A DNA stretch of 61,949 nucleotides, the filler included, from Choristocarpus tenellus KU-1152 (Eukaryota > Protista > Phaeophyceae): NCBI GenBank assembly GCA_964200185.2. It is 12 parts of 12 records of this genome, joined end to end, with 100 filler letters (N's around TTAATTAATTAA, not from the genome) between each part and the next. Parts side by side here need not be neighbours in the genome. Positions count along the whole stretch, not along the records: positions 12,325 to 16,228 come from CAXNAD020017224.1; positions 16,329 to 23,780 come from CAXNAD020006137.1; positions 23,881 to 26,786 come from CAXNAD020023752.1; 9 more parts are not named here. One strand, 5' to 3'. Positions 12,701 to 26,348 of the stretch are shown here, one piece after another. Position 1 is the stretch's first letter; every line of letters begins with the position of its first letter. A program made the position numbers and the translations under genes. Under the pieces are notes generated by a model. The model was not told the DNA's origin and did no database searches. It was given only the letters and a program-made list of their open reading frames with translations.

Positions 12701-14556
12701 AGGAGTCCGCTTACATACCAATGAGGCTCATAACCTATGCAAAAGAGAGCTACTCAAGTAGAGTATTTTGCTTTGTGTGGTATGGATATGTTTATTATTA
12801 GCGGAGTGAGCACAGCCCTCGGTAGTGGGGGGTGCTCTCTCTTATTATCTTACTGTATATTACATGTATCAGCTGACTCATCAGCTGACACATCAAAACG
12901 TGTCCTGCCGTTACATCGTACTATGTCACTTATCCTGTGTAGCTAGTAAGTACTATGTCAGAACTCCTCCATCAGTCCATTTACATCAAGTAAAAAGAAA
13001 TCTATCATCTGAAATTCGACCTCAATACTTTACGCACACGAACACAAGTCAATGACATTTGTTCCACTTAGCCAACATTCCTGTTGTCTAGTAGTGTTCA
13101 CTAAGCACGTATAAACCATACAGACTATCAGCCAATATTGCACACGAACCAATAACAATAATGTAAGGAACAGCCTCATCAACTACTACTGAGGTATGAT
13201 TAACCTCCTTTTCTTTCTTGCACTGATGCATTTTTTCAAGTTATGGGGGATATACTCGAGATCAACGAAATGACTTGGGCAATATGAAACATGGGACGAG
13301 AGTGCATTGTTGCCCTCCGGTAAGTTGTATGGAATACATTGGGGTTACTTGACATATATTTGGGAGGAGCATGCATTTGGAATTGGGGTATACGGAGGGT
13401 ATAAATCAGGTTGGTTTACCTATTGCCTAAAGCCATTGAACCGCTCATGATGTGTATGTCCAACCACATACTCGTGTATATGCATAACCCTAGTATTCTA
13501 CAGCTCTAGCACAGCAATAACTCAATGTCAGTCAATTCAGCATTTCAGGAAAATTCTACCAAACAAAGTCCTTTGAAATAGCAATAGTGCTACGAGACAC
13601 AGGAGAATTAATGTCCAATGTCTTGGCAATATGCTGAGCCCACATTGTGTGTTCAGTTATATCACTCGCAAAGGAACTTTGTAGTGTGGGAGGGAGATCG
13701 ATTATCAACATCATGGCTGATTAGAACACAGAAGAAAGTGCCATCCAGTAGTAGGAAGTGAGCGGGTAAGATTTCGTCCGTTCCCTAACACAGATACCGG
13801 AAGCATAGTTGACTGTGTGCCCACCTTGCCCATCCATATCATGCCTGCAAAGCATCTTCGTACATGGATATATTAGGATGCTGTTGGTCAAAGGAGGCCA
13901 TAGTAGAAAGGAATAGTGAGGACAGTAATGCAAAGTGCACCAGAGATAGGTAGACCAGTGGTAAAATCCAAAGCATCATTGCTAACTCTTACAACGAAGG
14001 GTGGGGTGAATGCAAGCAGTTCAAGGAAGTGAAGATGGAGAATGGAAACTGTGGCACGTACGGCAAAATAACCACTGACTGGATTGGGTGAATACAAAAA
14101 GGGGGAAGATGCGAGAAGGATAGGAAATGCATACTAATAACTTGCCATAAAAGACAGTTAGGAGTACAACTGATAGTACACAAGAGCTCTCCAGCGGATG
14201 TGCAACATGGCGAGCAATGCCGAGGAAAACTGGGATGCGGCCAGTGCCGGGAGCAGGGAAGGAGGTATGCCTAGCGACCTCCCAATCGAAAATTTATTAA
14301 AAGGATACACAATCTATATTATTGAGAATAAAATACCTACAATATCCGTTCAACATACTCAACTGCACTGTGGTGCAAGGGAAACAGGTAACTGTAATAA
14401 CATGAACTATTTACAGCCTCTGTTCCAGCGTAATCAAAGTCAGAGATCAATCTCATCAAATATACCCATATTCTCCTAAGCAAACTGGAGCTGAAAAAAG
14501 TCTCATTCCGAGAAAGAAGTTGAGCAGTATGTCGTTGCTCTGCTGATTTAATATTG

Positions 14557-16160
14557 TCATGCTATACCGGTACCATTGGCTTCTCCCTCCACAACCTGCT
14601 AATGCAACACGAACACATGATGCACAGAAGGAGAATTATTAGTAAGGGCGGGTTGAACATACGTGAGCTGCGAAGGGATGGAGGTGCCTTGCTGTGTTCC
14701 CTGTAGGGACATTTTCTCACTTGCCTTCAGTACTGTAACAGGAGCAAAAAAAAAAGAGAGATACGAATGATTACATCAAGTGACATACCATCACCTTGAC
14801 CACAATTCGAAGTAGATTAGTGTGTGCATTTGCTGTGTACATACTTCAGAGTACCTGCTACTTTCCACAATTGTTACACTCCTTGACACAGGCCAACTGC
14901 CGCCCCTGGCAACGCCAGAGGCATCACAGGAGAGTAATGTCAAAAAGGACAAGCAACATGGTGAAAATAGATTGTATTCAATTGCCTTTGCATGCCTGGA
15001 AGCAAGGGGGTACTACGAAGTTAAGAGCAACATGTGGAGGGAAACAAAGCCTGCACACCTTGGCACTGATTTCCTTGGTGGCCTTGTTTGTGTCGGGTAA
15101 GATGGAGATAGCCACAGGGATAAACACAAGGCCGTGGAATACCTGAGGAGTAGAGCACAACAAAGGGAATCAAAGGAGGGGGAAGGTAGGAGAGAGTGAG
15201 CAATCTGGACAGGTTGTGTGCATGTCGACCCACTGAGTGGAGTACACCAAACGTGGAATTGACGGTAGCAGGCTGCATGCCAGATTGGGCAAGGCAGGAA
15301 TGAAGGGATTTGCAGACTTGAATGAACTGCAAGGGTCTTGAGAACTACATCACAACCCGCTCTAATCGGGAAGATCGAAGGGATTAGACAGCAAAAAAGT
15401 ATCAGCTCGCCCCTTACCCCAAAGGTGATGATGCACAGGAACATGCGGAAGAACACTCTGAAGATGGTGTTGGACGCAAAGGCCATTGGAATGATACCAA
15501 TGAACGTCGTGCTTGCTCCAAGCAGGACGGAGGGACCAATCTCTCCCAGCGCTAATACAATCCTGTCATGCTTTGACAGGGCCGGGTCCTATGAGAAGGG
15601 GGGAGGATGCATAGGGAGGATAGGGACGGGGAATGAGAGGACAACAATGAGACAATCAACTAAAACACACTGCCGTCATCAAACCTGCAACCCTCCTCAG
15701 TACATGATACTGCAAAGTGTACTCAAAGCCTGGTCATGGGCCAGGGGATGGATCCTCTGTCACGAGGGCATGTCAACTTGCCTCAGGGACTCCATTCAAT
15801 GGCTACAACTTAGGTATGCAGAACCTCGAAGATAAGAGAAGGGGCAGAAGTATTGGCAGTAACTCAGAGGATCAATACCTGGTGCAGGAAAAAGTGGAGA
15901 ACATGCACCATGTAGTCTACCACAAGGCCCACTGCCATGATCAGCTCTGTAGGGTCAGATCACCGAATTGAACCGAGTGCATAGCAGAGAGGGCAGACAA
16001 AAGATGAGGAGGAGGGTGGGGTGGGAGAGGGATGTGGGTTGAGGGGATTAGAGTTAGGGCTAACTAAGCCTGCGGTTTGTCGCACCTATTCCGGTGATGC
16101 CGTTGATCTCAAGATCCCAAAAGTAGATGAACCCCAGCAGCTCCACGTCGATAGCCACCT
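14557..16160 (-). CDS. NPC1/Patched (RND-family sterol-sensing transporter), C-terminal exons ~16086-16160, 15879-15946, 15418-15588, 15059-15142, probable last exon 14557-14595
   Basis: VAIDVELLGFIYFWDLEINGITGI|ELIMAVGLVVDYMVHVLH|...GPSVLLGASTTFIGIIPMAFASNTIFRVFFRMFLCIITFG|VFHGLVFIPVAISILP contains the GxxxD and HGLV.LP motifs typical of the NPC1/Patched C-terminus. Confidence 0.9.
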
Positions 16161-16328
16161 ACCTCAGCAGTAGCCCGAGAACATTTGTGCCGGATAGGGA
16201 CAGGTTAGGTGGGGAGGGAAGAGGCTGGNNNNNNNNNNNNNNNNNNNNNNNNNNNNNNNNNNNNNNNNNNNNTTAATTAATTAANNNNNNNNNNNNNNNN
16301 NNNNNNNNNNNNNNNNNNNNNNNNNNNN

Positions 16329-18468
16329 AGGTTGGGTGCTTGGTAAGCCCCTCTATCCTTCGGAACCCCATCCTTACCCCCCCTGCCTTCTGGGACCCCA
16401 CCTCGTTGGATGTCCACCCCTCCTCTGAGCCTCGGCCTTCCGCGCGACTGCTTGAGTCTGGTTGCTTTGTGTCCCCATCCATCCTTCTGGACCCCAACTT
16501 TTGGAAAGCCTCTCCTATCCTGTCCCCCACCAAGGCTCAGTCATCAACTGAACTGGTCTGTCCTCCCAAGGTAGACTCCGCTGTCACACCCTCCGTTGTG
16601 CAGAACCTCACCCCAGGGTTTGCCTCTGGTGCTCCTCCAACAAGCACCCCAAGGGTCTGTCCTACCGAACTGGACGAGTCTCTAGAGTTTGGCAGCATGG
16701 TCAGCCCCTCCATTATGTGGGACCCCACCTTTTGGGATGCGTTGGGCATGCCCTGCACCACAAACGACCGGCAATCATCTCTCCTGAACCAGCCTGCTCA
16801 GGTCGGTTATGTGGCCAGCCCTTCTGTCCCGAGCGCGCCTGACCCCACCCCTGGGCACGGTGATGGAGCTCCCCGTGATGCCATGGCGGCGTCATGCTCT
16901 GTGCCTGGGCAGCACTTCCTGTTGGATGACATCACCTGCCCTGCAGTTCTGCAGGCCCCGGCTACTTCAGAGGATGACTCAAGGGTGTTCTGCACCACAG
17001 AAGGTGCGGGGGGACGATCTGCACCTGGGCAGCCTCTTCAGGTTCAATCCCCTCAGGTTCAGGGCCAGGCTCTTTCACAAATGAGTCCACTTGTTCTCCA
17101 TTCCCGCACCCTTGGGAACCGCAAGAAATCAGAGGAGATCAAGGCTCAGGGGAATGCAAATGGGGAGGCTGCCCACACCCCAAGGGGTGCTGCCCGTATC
17201 CTTGATGGCTCTGGGAGGAGGACGAGGGCGAGGGAGATGGGGAAGGAGAATGGCCACGGGCTCGTGGACGTGTCTGAGAAGGAAAATGTGCAGGGGGACA
17301 CAAAGAACGGGGCTGCCTACACCTGTGAGAGTGACCCCAGCTTCCTCAAGGGTGCGGGGAGGAGAGTAAAGGTGACGGGGAGGAGACAGACCTCTGGAGT
17401 CGTCTCCGGGAATGGCTCTGGTCTCGTGGCGGTACCTCCCAGGGTCAACACTCGCAGGGGCTTAAGGAAGAGGGATACCCACGCCTCTGCAGACACCCCT
17501 GGTGTCCCTGAGCGTGTTCGGAGGCCCACAACAGCGATGGGGAAGGGTCGCATCTCCGGAGTGATCTCTGGAATTGCCTCTGGGTCTGTGGTTGTGCCTG
17601 AGGGGGCTGGCACAAGTGGACGCCGGAGGAGGGGAGCTGCCTCCACCTCTGGGAACACCCCTGGTGCCCTTGAGGGTGGAGGCAGGAGAGGGGCTAAGAG
17701 AGGGGAGGAAGAGTCTAGGGTATCGGTCTCAGGCGAGGGGTGAGTCAATGTTATTTCTTAGAACAGGTTGGGGAAGGGAGAGTGAAATTGAAATATGCTG
17801 ATATTGTGCTGCAGTGCGGGTACCACCACAACAGTGTTGCCAAAAGAAACTTAGGGGTTTCTTTGCATTACCCTCTCTTGTTCCTATGGCACTGAGCACA
17901 CGGTTTCCCTTTTGGGGTCCATGTCGGGGAGTCATCTGTTGCAGGGATTTCCTTGACAATCCGTTTGGCATTGGGTAGTGTGTCAGGGGTCTCAGTCTTG
18001 CCCGTCCTGTCCTCCAATTATCTGCTGAAATAGGATAGCGTGGTGTTTCTTATTGTTGCTCACCTTGTTACAATTGCAATATGTAGTAGTTTGACTATTG
18101 TGAGTATTCAGCTGTAAATGCAGTCATGTTGCGGCAATATGAATACTGCATTGGAATTCAGAGAACCAGGAATATACCATTTTATGACGGCGGTACCGGA
18201 CTGTAGCTGGCAAGTGGCCTTGTGTCTATACTTCTCTTTTCGTTGCACGTACTGTATTACTAGTGCGTAGTAATAGCTGAATTGGGGACCATTATCTTAT
18301 TTTGTCCCATAATGCCCACTGACACCAGCAAAGGTGGTACTCACCTCCAACGAACAAACCCCACAAGCAAACCGAGATTCTTGCCGACGCCCTCTTTTTT
18401 AGGGTCACCAGGGCACACGACTTGGGGGAGGTTTTGGAGAAGGACCGTGCAGTGTCCCAGTGCAGAAG
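16329..18468 (+). CDS. Hypothetical protein with internal repeats: large exon (to donor at 17740) plus a probable next exon 18403-18468
   Basis: 467-codon GC-rich open frame ending at GG|GTGAGT. A phase-compatible TTTTTAG acceptor at 18402 gives VTRAHDLGEVLEKDRAVSQCRR. No recognisable domain. Confidence 0.55.
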
Positions 18469-20779
18469 GTGCGTTTCCTTGATTGCCTGCTGTACTACCG
18501 TGAGGGCATGTACTTTGAATGTGTCGCAAAGGTGGCGAAAAATCAGGGTCCCAGCCTGCACGCACTCTACAATCATCCTCACGCTATTCCTCGCTCTCTA
18601 CCTCTTGATTTCCATTGCAATTTGAGGATGCTGACAAACATGTGCATAGTTCGTCTTTTTTTTACAGATGTGTATGGGGCATTTTCTGAATTGTGTCGAG
18701 AAGTCTCAAACAATGGAGAAATCAATACTTTCAAGTTCAAACTTAGCACTTGATCCACAGAAATATGGGTGAAGTGTAAAAAAATATATAAAGAAGATGG
18801 ATTGAAATACAAAATGACCAAAACCTGGCCATCTCTCGTTTACTTTGGCTCATACATTGTCAGATCAAAGAGGTTGGCAGAGACCAAGGGATCAGTCCCA
18901 AGGTGGCGAAGTTAGAGGGACCACAAGCTCTGTTGACCTGATGCGTCCAGCCCGGGCCAAAAGAAGCTGCAATTGTCACTTGGGTGGGAGGGGCACTTCT
19001 TGTTTTGTAGGGGCGGGGGCTGAACAATGTTGAAGGTGCAATTGATGTTTGCTCGCATCACAATGGGCTGGTGATCGGGTGACCTGTGATGACCGCTATT
19101 TGTAAATCTAGTGGGGGCACTTGTTTTGAATAGAGCCAGGGAAGGGGTGGCGGTGAAATGGAGATCACATGTCAGACTGCGAGTGGCCAATCCCGTCAGC
19201 AGGAGGAAGGTGCTTCCCCTTTGAGTCAAGCAACTCAGGTCACGTCTGCATGCGATTGTACGCCTGAGACACGCAAGGACCAGAGGAGAAGACCTACCCC
19301 ATGCACGAGACTGAGGACATATTCCCGAGGACAAGTCTGGTGTGTTCTGTGAGTCTTGGGTACATGTGGACTGCAGGGTGACACAGGGACCAAGGACGAA
19401 GGAATGAGTCACTTGCTAGGTACATTTTACTACCATGGATAGCGCCAGTGTATATCTGTGCTTTACATATTCCTCACAAATTGAGGCAATTTATCTCTGG
19501 AAGGTGCAACCACCCCCTCTATGGGCCGACACCAGACTTGTACGGTTGGCAGCAAGCCACTGATTGAAGTGTTTGTTGAGGAGAGACTCTTACCTTAGTT
19601 TGCTCATTGGATGAGTGCCCTCTTTGGTATAGGGCATTTTGGATTTGTTTTGTTGTGGTTACCGGATAGGTTGACGGAATGTATGGGTTCTACGATGCAT
19701 CGTATGGTCATGACGTCGTAGGGTATTTCTTGGTGAGGGAAGTGTGGGGCAAAAGGCGGAAACTTGCAGACTACCAGTACTTGTCATGGAAAAGGACACT
19801 CGCACGGGGAATCTTCAATGCGTAGTGCCCTCTTCCTATAATGTTTTGTTGTGTTGTTGATGGGGCTTGTAGTAACTACACTGGAATAAGTGAGTGTTGA
19901 GCCGGGGGCGGTAGGTACCATGTTTGTATTACTCCGGTGTGCAACAAAAGAAGAGGGATATCGAGGTGTCACCTCAAGATACCCCAGGGAGGGATGTAGT
20001 GATTCTGTCTTGATTGTACTGGTACTCGCTCATGCTGCTATTTAGCAAACACTATCGATGGCAGGATGGAGAGGGAATACATGATATCTATCTCTGTCTT
20101 TGATTGGTTGGTGGTCGTTCCTGCATCCTTACTTGGGATCATGCTGTTGTGTAGATACTCTGACATATTGTGCTTGGAAGTGTGTGTATGTGTGTGTGTG
20201 TGTGTTTATGTACCCGTGCCCTGTACATATTTATACTTCGCAGTAGTGAGTAGAATACATTTTCTGATTAATCGAGGCACTCACCTTTACTTCCTTGTTG
20301 TTGTGACCTCGGCATCATTGGTAGTAGTAGTGCATGTGGAGATTGAGATGGTGATCATAATCACATGAGATTATTGTTCATGCCTCCTTGTAGAACTCTA
20401 GGTGACTATGACACTTGTGGTTAGGTTATACAGTACTTGTATATCGTACATAGAATTGGAGTACTGCAGCGGATAACAAGGGAGAAACAAAACCATTATT
20501 TCAAATCGTCTGAAGTAAACATGTACTGGGCGCAAACAGTACCTGGGCATCTCAGGATATAACAGGCATCCATTCCTCCTGTTTCTCTCCACCTCTACAC
20601 AGCCAAGAAGCAATACGCGTGGTTGTTTTCACGACTTGCTTCGTGTGCACTGTATGGATGCACACACATCTACAAGTTTTATGTATTGGTATACTGGTGC
20701 TAAACCGACTCTGTGAAGAAGGAAGGCGGTCTGGATGGAAGGGAAGAGTCCCAAGAGTCAGTCAAGCCCTATTTAGCCC

Positions 20780-21350
20780 ACCCACCCACTATCTCCAGCG
20801 TAACCTACATGACACGCCTGGTAGGATCCACCATGTGTTTTGTGCTACCAATATCTACCAAAAGATCAATCAATCCATCAATTTGCACAAGACTCTGAAA
20901 TGTACTGATTGTACAAATAATTGCCATTGCTGAAATCTCTTTAACTTTGTCATCATCTCTACTGTTCTGTGATCTACTTTCAGCATCAGAATGTGATGCA
21001 GAGTTGTGAAAACTGTAGATTGCCATTATTTGTGCAGTGAATGATACAATCTATCTGTGGGAGGCGTGCCTTCACTGCTCCCTTCCGACTATAAAGCCCT
21101 CAGCCCCCCAACCACCCACTACACGAGTCGCCAGGTCATCCAGATATTGCTCTCTGCCTGTTGTGTGCTTAGGCGTCAGAAGCTATCCACCGCCAAAGTT
21201 TCGGTTCAGGTTCATTACAACAGACTGTTGTTTTTGTTGTCTTGTGTGCCGTTGGTGTTGTGTTGCTCACACACCTTGTACTCCCAAGCATCTTCTTCTT
21301 GATTCCCATTTCTATGATGCGCTCCATGTACTTGAAGCACAGATTCCTCA
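20780..21350 (-). mobile_element. Degenerate copia-like gag/protease remnant
   Basis: LLVDIGSTKHMVDP resembles the copia protease DSG(A/S)T.HM motif. The surrounding frames are broken. Confidence 0.35.
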
Positions 21351-22239
21351 GTAGGTCTGTCGGGACAGTATCGATACAACAGTAGTAATGGTGGTAGCAG
21401 TAGGAATAGTAGTAGTAATATTATTAAGTGTAGAAATTGTATGATGAAATATATTACACATTAGTAAGATTCTTCTACAATAATACCATATATAATTAAT
21501 ACAAGAGAATCATACTTCACATTGTGACGAGGTGGTGTGATACGTTCATGATACGGGAAGAGTGATTTGTTGTTTGTTCCACCCTGCCCCGAAGTGATCA
21601 AAGAAGAGGGCTTCCAAGTCGAAACTGTTTCGGGCGGATCACGCCGCTAAACAGTGCTTTTCGATTCGACATAAGAAAACGGTTCTCAGTCTAGGTCCTC
21701 AGTCTAGGTCCTGAGCCCAGGATGGAGTCGCGCCGTACTCCTGGAGAGGTGAGAGAAAGAGTCCGTCCCTCTGAGGTGACAAGATACCCTAAACACAAAC
21801 ACGCACTTTGGTTAGATCCAAGGGAACAAGGGGGTCTGATGCAGATATACGGAGTAGGGGTGGACGAGTAGAGGTAGGCTGGAAAATCGATGCGCCTGTT
21901 GATGCCCGAACCTTTCTCCCCTTACACGTTGGAGGTGAAACCACTTCAGGATATCCTTCGCGCCGTCCCTAGCTCAAATTCCAACGCACCCGTATCTATC
22001 TGCGATTGCTCCCTCGGTCGTCTTGGACCCGAGGTTCGAAGGCAGTGCCTACACAATTGCAGGGAAAGTCGGATATCAGTGTTATCAAGGCCACTCAGTG
22101 GATTTAATCCTAAGCGCTTCCCCCGTTAGTGCATCAAGCTTCAACCTCCACCAGTAAGCGTTCGCTTCGCACGTTCTGCTGCCCTCAACCCTGAGAAGTA
22201 TTCCCACCCTCACCCTACTGACCATCCTCCCTACTTGTC

Positions 22240-23323
22240 TTCCTTCTTCGGATGCCATCAAACATCCGAAGGAGAATGACGTATATTCGAGCTCCTTCTT
22301 GGACATCGGCGACCTGTCTTTCGACATGGAGAGGAAGCGGGCTGAGTTTGAGGTGAGTCAACGCGCGTATGAATGAGGATGCATGCGTTCGATCTTGTGG
22401 GTCGCTTGCGTTCTGGGGCAGGGGTTGGGTCCCTAGGTAGGGTAGGAACGGAAGACAAATTCCTTCCCCCATGCCCTTCGAATAAGGTCTATCTCAACAG
22501 CTGTCAGGACTTCCGAATGTTGAGAGCACGATCTTTATTCAAAACGGCTTACGAATGACCACAACTTTCCGTCTGCCCATACCATTCTTTCACAAAAAAA
22601 ATATTAAATCGATGTAAATGATCTGTGCTTATCCAATGTGACCCCTGCATCTATCCAGCAGGGCAGCGAACCCTACAACACCGACTGGGAGGTCGCCGAC
22701 ATCAACCCTTCTTCATACAATGTCACTGTGGGAGAGAGGGTGTGGGTCTGTGGTGTCCATGGCTTTAGACCAGCTGTTGTCATGAAGGAAGATGATGGAA
22801 AAAGCGGTTATGTAAGCCAACTGTCCTAGATATTGTTGCATAGTGCTATCGATTGGGTCTTATACCACGTTGAGTGGAGTGCCCTGGGTGCAATTCTAGT
22901 TGTGAGCGTGTGGCGGAAATTGGGACAACAGCACTTAGTACAACATTCATTACCTACCTTCCTTCATCTCTTTTTGTACTGTGTAAAATTATGAAATGCC
23001 CGCAAGAAGACACCCCCTAAACACTGGATTGCAGTAATTGCACCAGCCTGGTGTTTCTATATATATATATATGTAGCATTTGTCTGTATTGAGGCTACAA
23101 GATCATATTTGTATTCCTCTACCTCCTCCCCCGGCTCATTATGTACTCAAAACACTCAAAACATTCCTTGCAACATTCTTTGAGGTCAGTTATATAATGA
23201 AAGATCACCACTCCAATACTAAATCATGTCCCTGTCTCTGTTACACAGGCGGTTGCCTCTATCCTTGTCAAGCTACAAAATGGCATGGTTGCCTTGGTGG
23301 ATCAACACTCGCTAGAGGCCAAG
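22240..23323 (+). CDS. Hypothetical protein with a small SH3/Tudor-like beta barrel; exons ending 22352, ~22662-22810, 23249-23323
   Basis: Phase-0 GT-AG joins give ...DLSFDMERKRAEFE|GSEPYNTDWEV...VTVGERVWVCGVHGFRPAVVMKEDDGKSGY|AVASILVKLQNGMVALVDQHSLEAK. Confidence 0.5.
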
Positions 23324-23495
23324 GTGAATGATTCCATTCAGGGCCACAGTCAAGTCACCACCACCTTCTGACTAAAAAAAAACATTTTTTTTCATCTTCA
23401 GGGTTTAATGTTCTTGCTCAAGATGTTTCTCCTCTGACTGATCAACAAGTCCACATTGCCTTGTGGAAACAAAGCTAACTCTCCAACTGCTCCAA

Positions 23496-23680
23496 GGATC
23501 AAAGTATCTGGGGAGGGGTAGTGGCTGTACATTTGAGGTCTGTTTTTTCATGTCGTGACATTTGAGTGATTTGGTTCCATGTGTCTGATGGATAATGTAA
23601 GTTCACTTTTCCTCGTCAGAGCACAAATGGACAACCTGATTTAGCAGACCCCCCCCACCCCCCCCCAGATACATTGAGCC
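23496..23680. mobile_element. 185-bp MITE, poly-G subfamily
   Basis: GGATCAAAGTATCTGGGGAGGGG...CCCCCCAGATACATTGAGCC inverted termini. The left part matches 42229-42284 in reverse complement. No TSD is retained. Confidence 0.7.
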
Positions 23681-23959
23681 GTTTGCGTGCTTAGAAAAGC
23701 CCATGACCTCATGCCACTGATTGCTCGAGACCCACCCATTCCCTCGCTCTCTCTCCCAACACGCGCCCTCCTTCTCCCTGNNNNNNNNNNNNNNNNNNNN
23801 NNNNNNNNNNNNNNNNNNNNNNNNTTAATTAATTAANNNNNNNNNNNNNNNNNNNNNNNNNNNNNNNNNNNNNNNNNNNNAGGATAGAGGAATAAGAAAA
23901 TAGGAATGTGCAAATAATAATAATAATCCAGAATTCGTGAGTAAAGCAAAGAATTGATT

Positions 23960-24050
23960 TGTTCTATGATTTTTTTATTATTATGCCCTCTGACATTTTG
24001 CAGATGTGTCAGGGGGAAACCAATGAAAACTATATACATATGTGTATATA
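23960..24050. repeat. Dispersed AT-rich repeat with CCCTCTGACA...TGTCAGGGGG hairpin
   Basis: Near-identical to the units at 38835-38940. Confidence 0.8.
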
Positions 24051-26144
24051 ATGATTCGTTTTTCCTAATTTGTTTTTAATAATTTTGATATGTAAACCGC
24101 ATTTCTTTTTACAATTATTCTACAACACTATTGGAACCATATTATTTTTGTGAACAGCTAGAATGAATTTTTTTTTGAGGGATTTTATAGGTAGGTGCTC
24201 CTCTTGTTTATACATCACAAAACTCTTCTATAGAAATAATTCCAATAATAGGAGCAGGAAATCAGTGGAACCAGTGAATGGCATCCTATGCAGTCGCACA
24301 CAATGCAGTTAGTTGCCTACTGTCGTGGGTTAGCATAGCACAGTCGCGAACTGGCGCGATCAGTCGGCCATCATAGTCAATCATTTTGCAGGGCTGGAAA
24401 TCGAGAATTTGGTGGGCAAAGAATGCTATTTTCCATTTTCATAGTTAACGAGATTCCTAAACCACTGTGTTGAGGAAACATGGCCAAAGACGTCTAGACT
24501 TCGGTTTTCTGTGGTATAGTGATATGGAGGTGTTGCTCGCTTCAGTGCCCCACCTCAAGCAACAGGCACCACTTTGATATCAGTGTACCTAGCAGCAAGT
24601 ATATCATGCATGCCTCCCTTGTCTTCTCTCCAAGCACGACTATAACTCATCCTACCGACATCAGCATCTGTGGCAGTTGCTACAATGGGTCCACCCTGAC
24701 CCTCCCTCCCCCACCTCTCAGTTCAGAAGCCCTGTTGGAGGCGGTCATAGTACGGTGGGGAGGCACGTTTTTCTTTGCTTTGCCTTTGTTCCCTTCTTCT
24801 CTACATCCTCCAAAACTGGAATACTCCCTGTGCTCTTCAGCCCTTGACCCCCTGTCATCCCTAGGGAACCCCTCGCGGTGCTGCTGCCCCAACCTTTTGG
24901 GTGTTTATTTATCTTCTGCCTTGTAGGGAATAGGTCGGGTTTTCCACCTATGATTGTCGTAGGCTTGCTCTCGATTGCCCTCAGGTACCTATGTGCCGAT
25001 CAAGGGTGCGTTCAGGTAAGTTTCGGCAAGGGCAATCTTGAACCCTAGCCACCATTAGATGGTTGTAAAGAACATGTGAAATTGGACTCGATGATTGGTC
25101 CGACAATCTAGCATACTTGAGGTGTTTGGTACCGCAAATCGTTTTCAAGGGAACAGAATGGTCCTCAAATGTGTTCAAACACAATACACTGCCTTGAATT
25201 TAAATATTTATTGAATACAGCACCTAGAATATTTGGGATACCAGAGGGTCTTATTCTAGAGCACTTTTCTAGTTCACTTTTCTAATTTGCTTTTCCTATG
25301 GAGCACATTTCTAAATACTACTTCACCTTTAAAACATAGGGAACAAAATACCCCAAACACCTTTGTGTATTAGAGCTCCACTCACTACCATACTAGGGGT
25401 GGTAACAAGGGGTGTTCAGGGCAGGAGGGCTGTTTGTGCTAAGATTCAAATATTGATTTACCTTAAGTCTGCTGCTGCTGCTGCTGCTGCTGGATATCAA
25501 AGACGAAAATTGTTGTGTGATTTAGTTCACTTACAGGTTTTTCATGGTGGATGTGTACTTATGATTATCTTGTTTTGTTGCATGAAAAAGTCACATCTCC
25601 ACACATATTAATATGGTAACAAAGCAAAGAGGTAAGCAATGCTAGAAATATTACTTGTAGAAGTACAACTCTTGATGAGTGATACATTGTATGGGTGTGC
25701 CCATGTTGCGAAAAAGATCTGGTGACAATTTTGGAGGTACTAGTGATTGGAATGCCAGGACACACCTGAAACAGTATCAAACAACAACGATATGTGGTTT
25801 GAAACATTAAAACTTGGTACTATAGTTCCACTTCCATGTTCATATCGTTGTGTGTGGTGTTTGAGGTCGTCAGACATTAGTCTAGTCAGTACACATTGAA
25901 AATAAAATATATTAGTGCTTCGACAGTACTTTACATCTCTTATCATGTAGGCGGGTGGACCCTCATGTGCATATCCCTCTTTCATCTTCCACTAGTAAAA
26001 TCACAGGAGGGGCAAGGAGGGACAGTCCATTGTCCCTTGATATGCACCGCTTGAACTACTCCTACCAATGGATATGAAGAGCCTCGAAGGAAAACTTCCT
26101 ATTCCTCCTGTGTGAGGGAGTTAGGGTTAGGGTTAGTGTCTTAC

Positions 26145-26348
26145 TTGGGACCATAATTCATGGTCTTCAACTTGCTGTAGGCCCTCCGTGACCGCATCTC
26201 TTTCAACCACTGGGATTGCACTTCCTCCATGGGACTGTACAGATGAAGAGTTTCTCCACGAATTCTCTTTAGAGTGTCCTCGGACGAAAAGAAGTGTTCC
26301 GCCTCTTGACGGCCGAGGACCAACACCTTTAGGTGAATGCAAGGTGGT
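26145..26348 (-). CDS. Orphan exon of a hypothetical protein
   Basis: CTACAG acceptor and GTAAGA donor around the open frame PPCIHLKVLVLGRQEAEHFFSSEDTLKRIRGETLHLYSPMEEVQSQWLKEMRSRRAYSKLKTMNYGP. Confidence 0.4.

Noticed and set aside
24519-25184. Possible gag remnant
   Set aside because: Only compositional resemblance; no intact zinc knuckle or protease motif.
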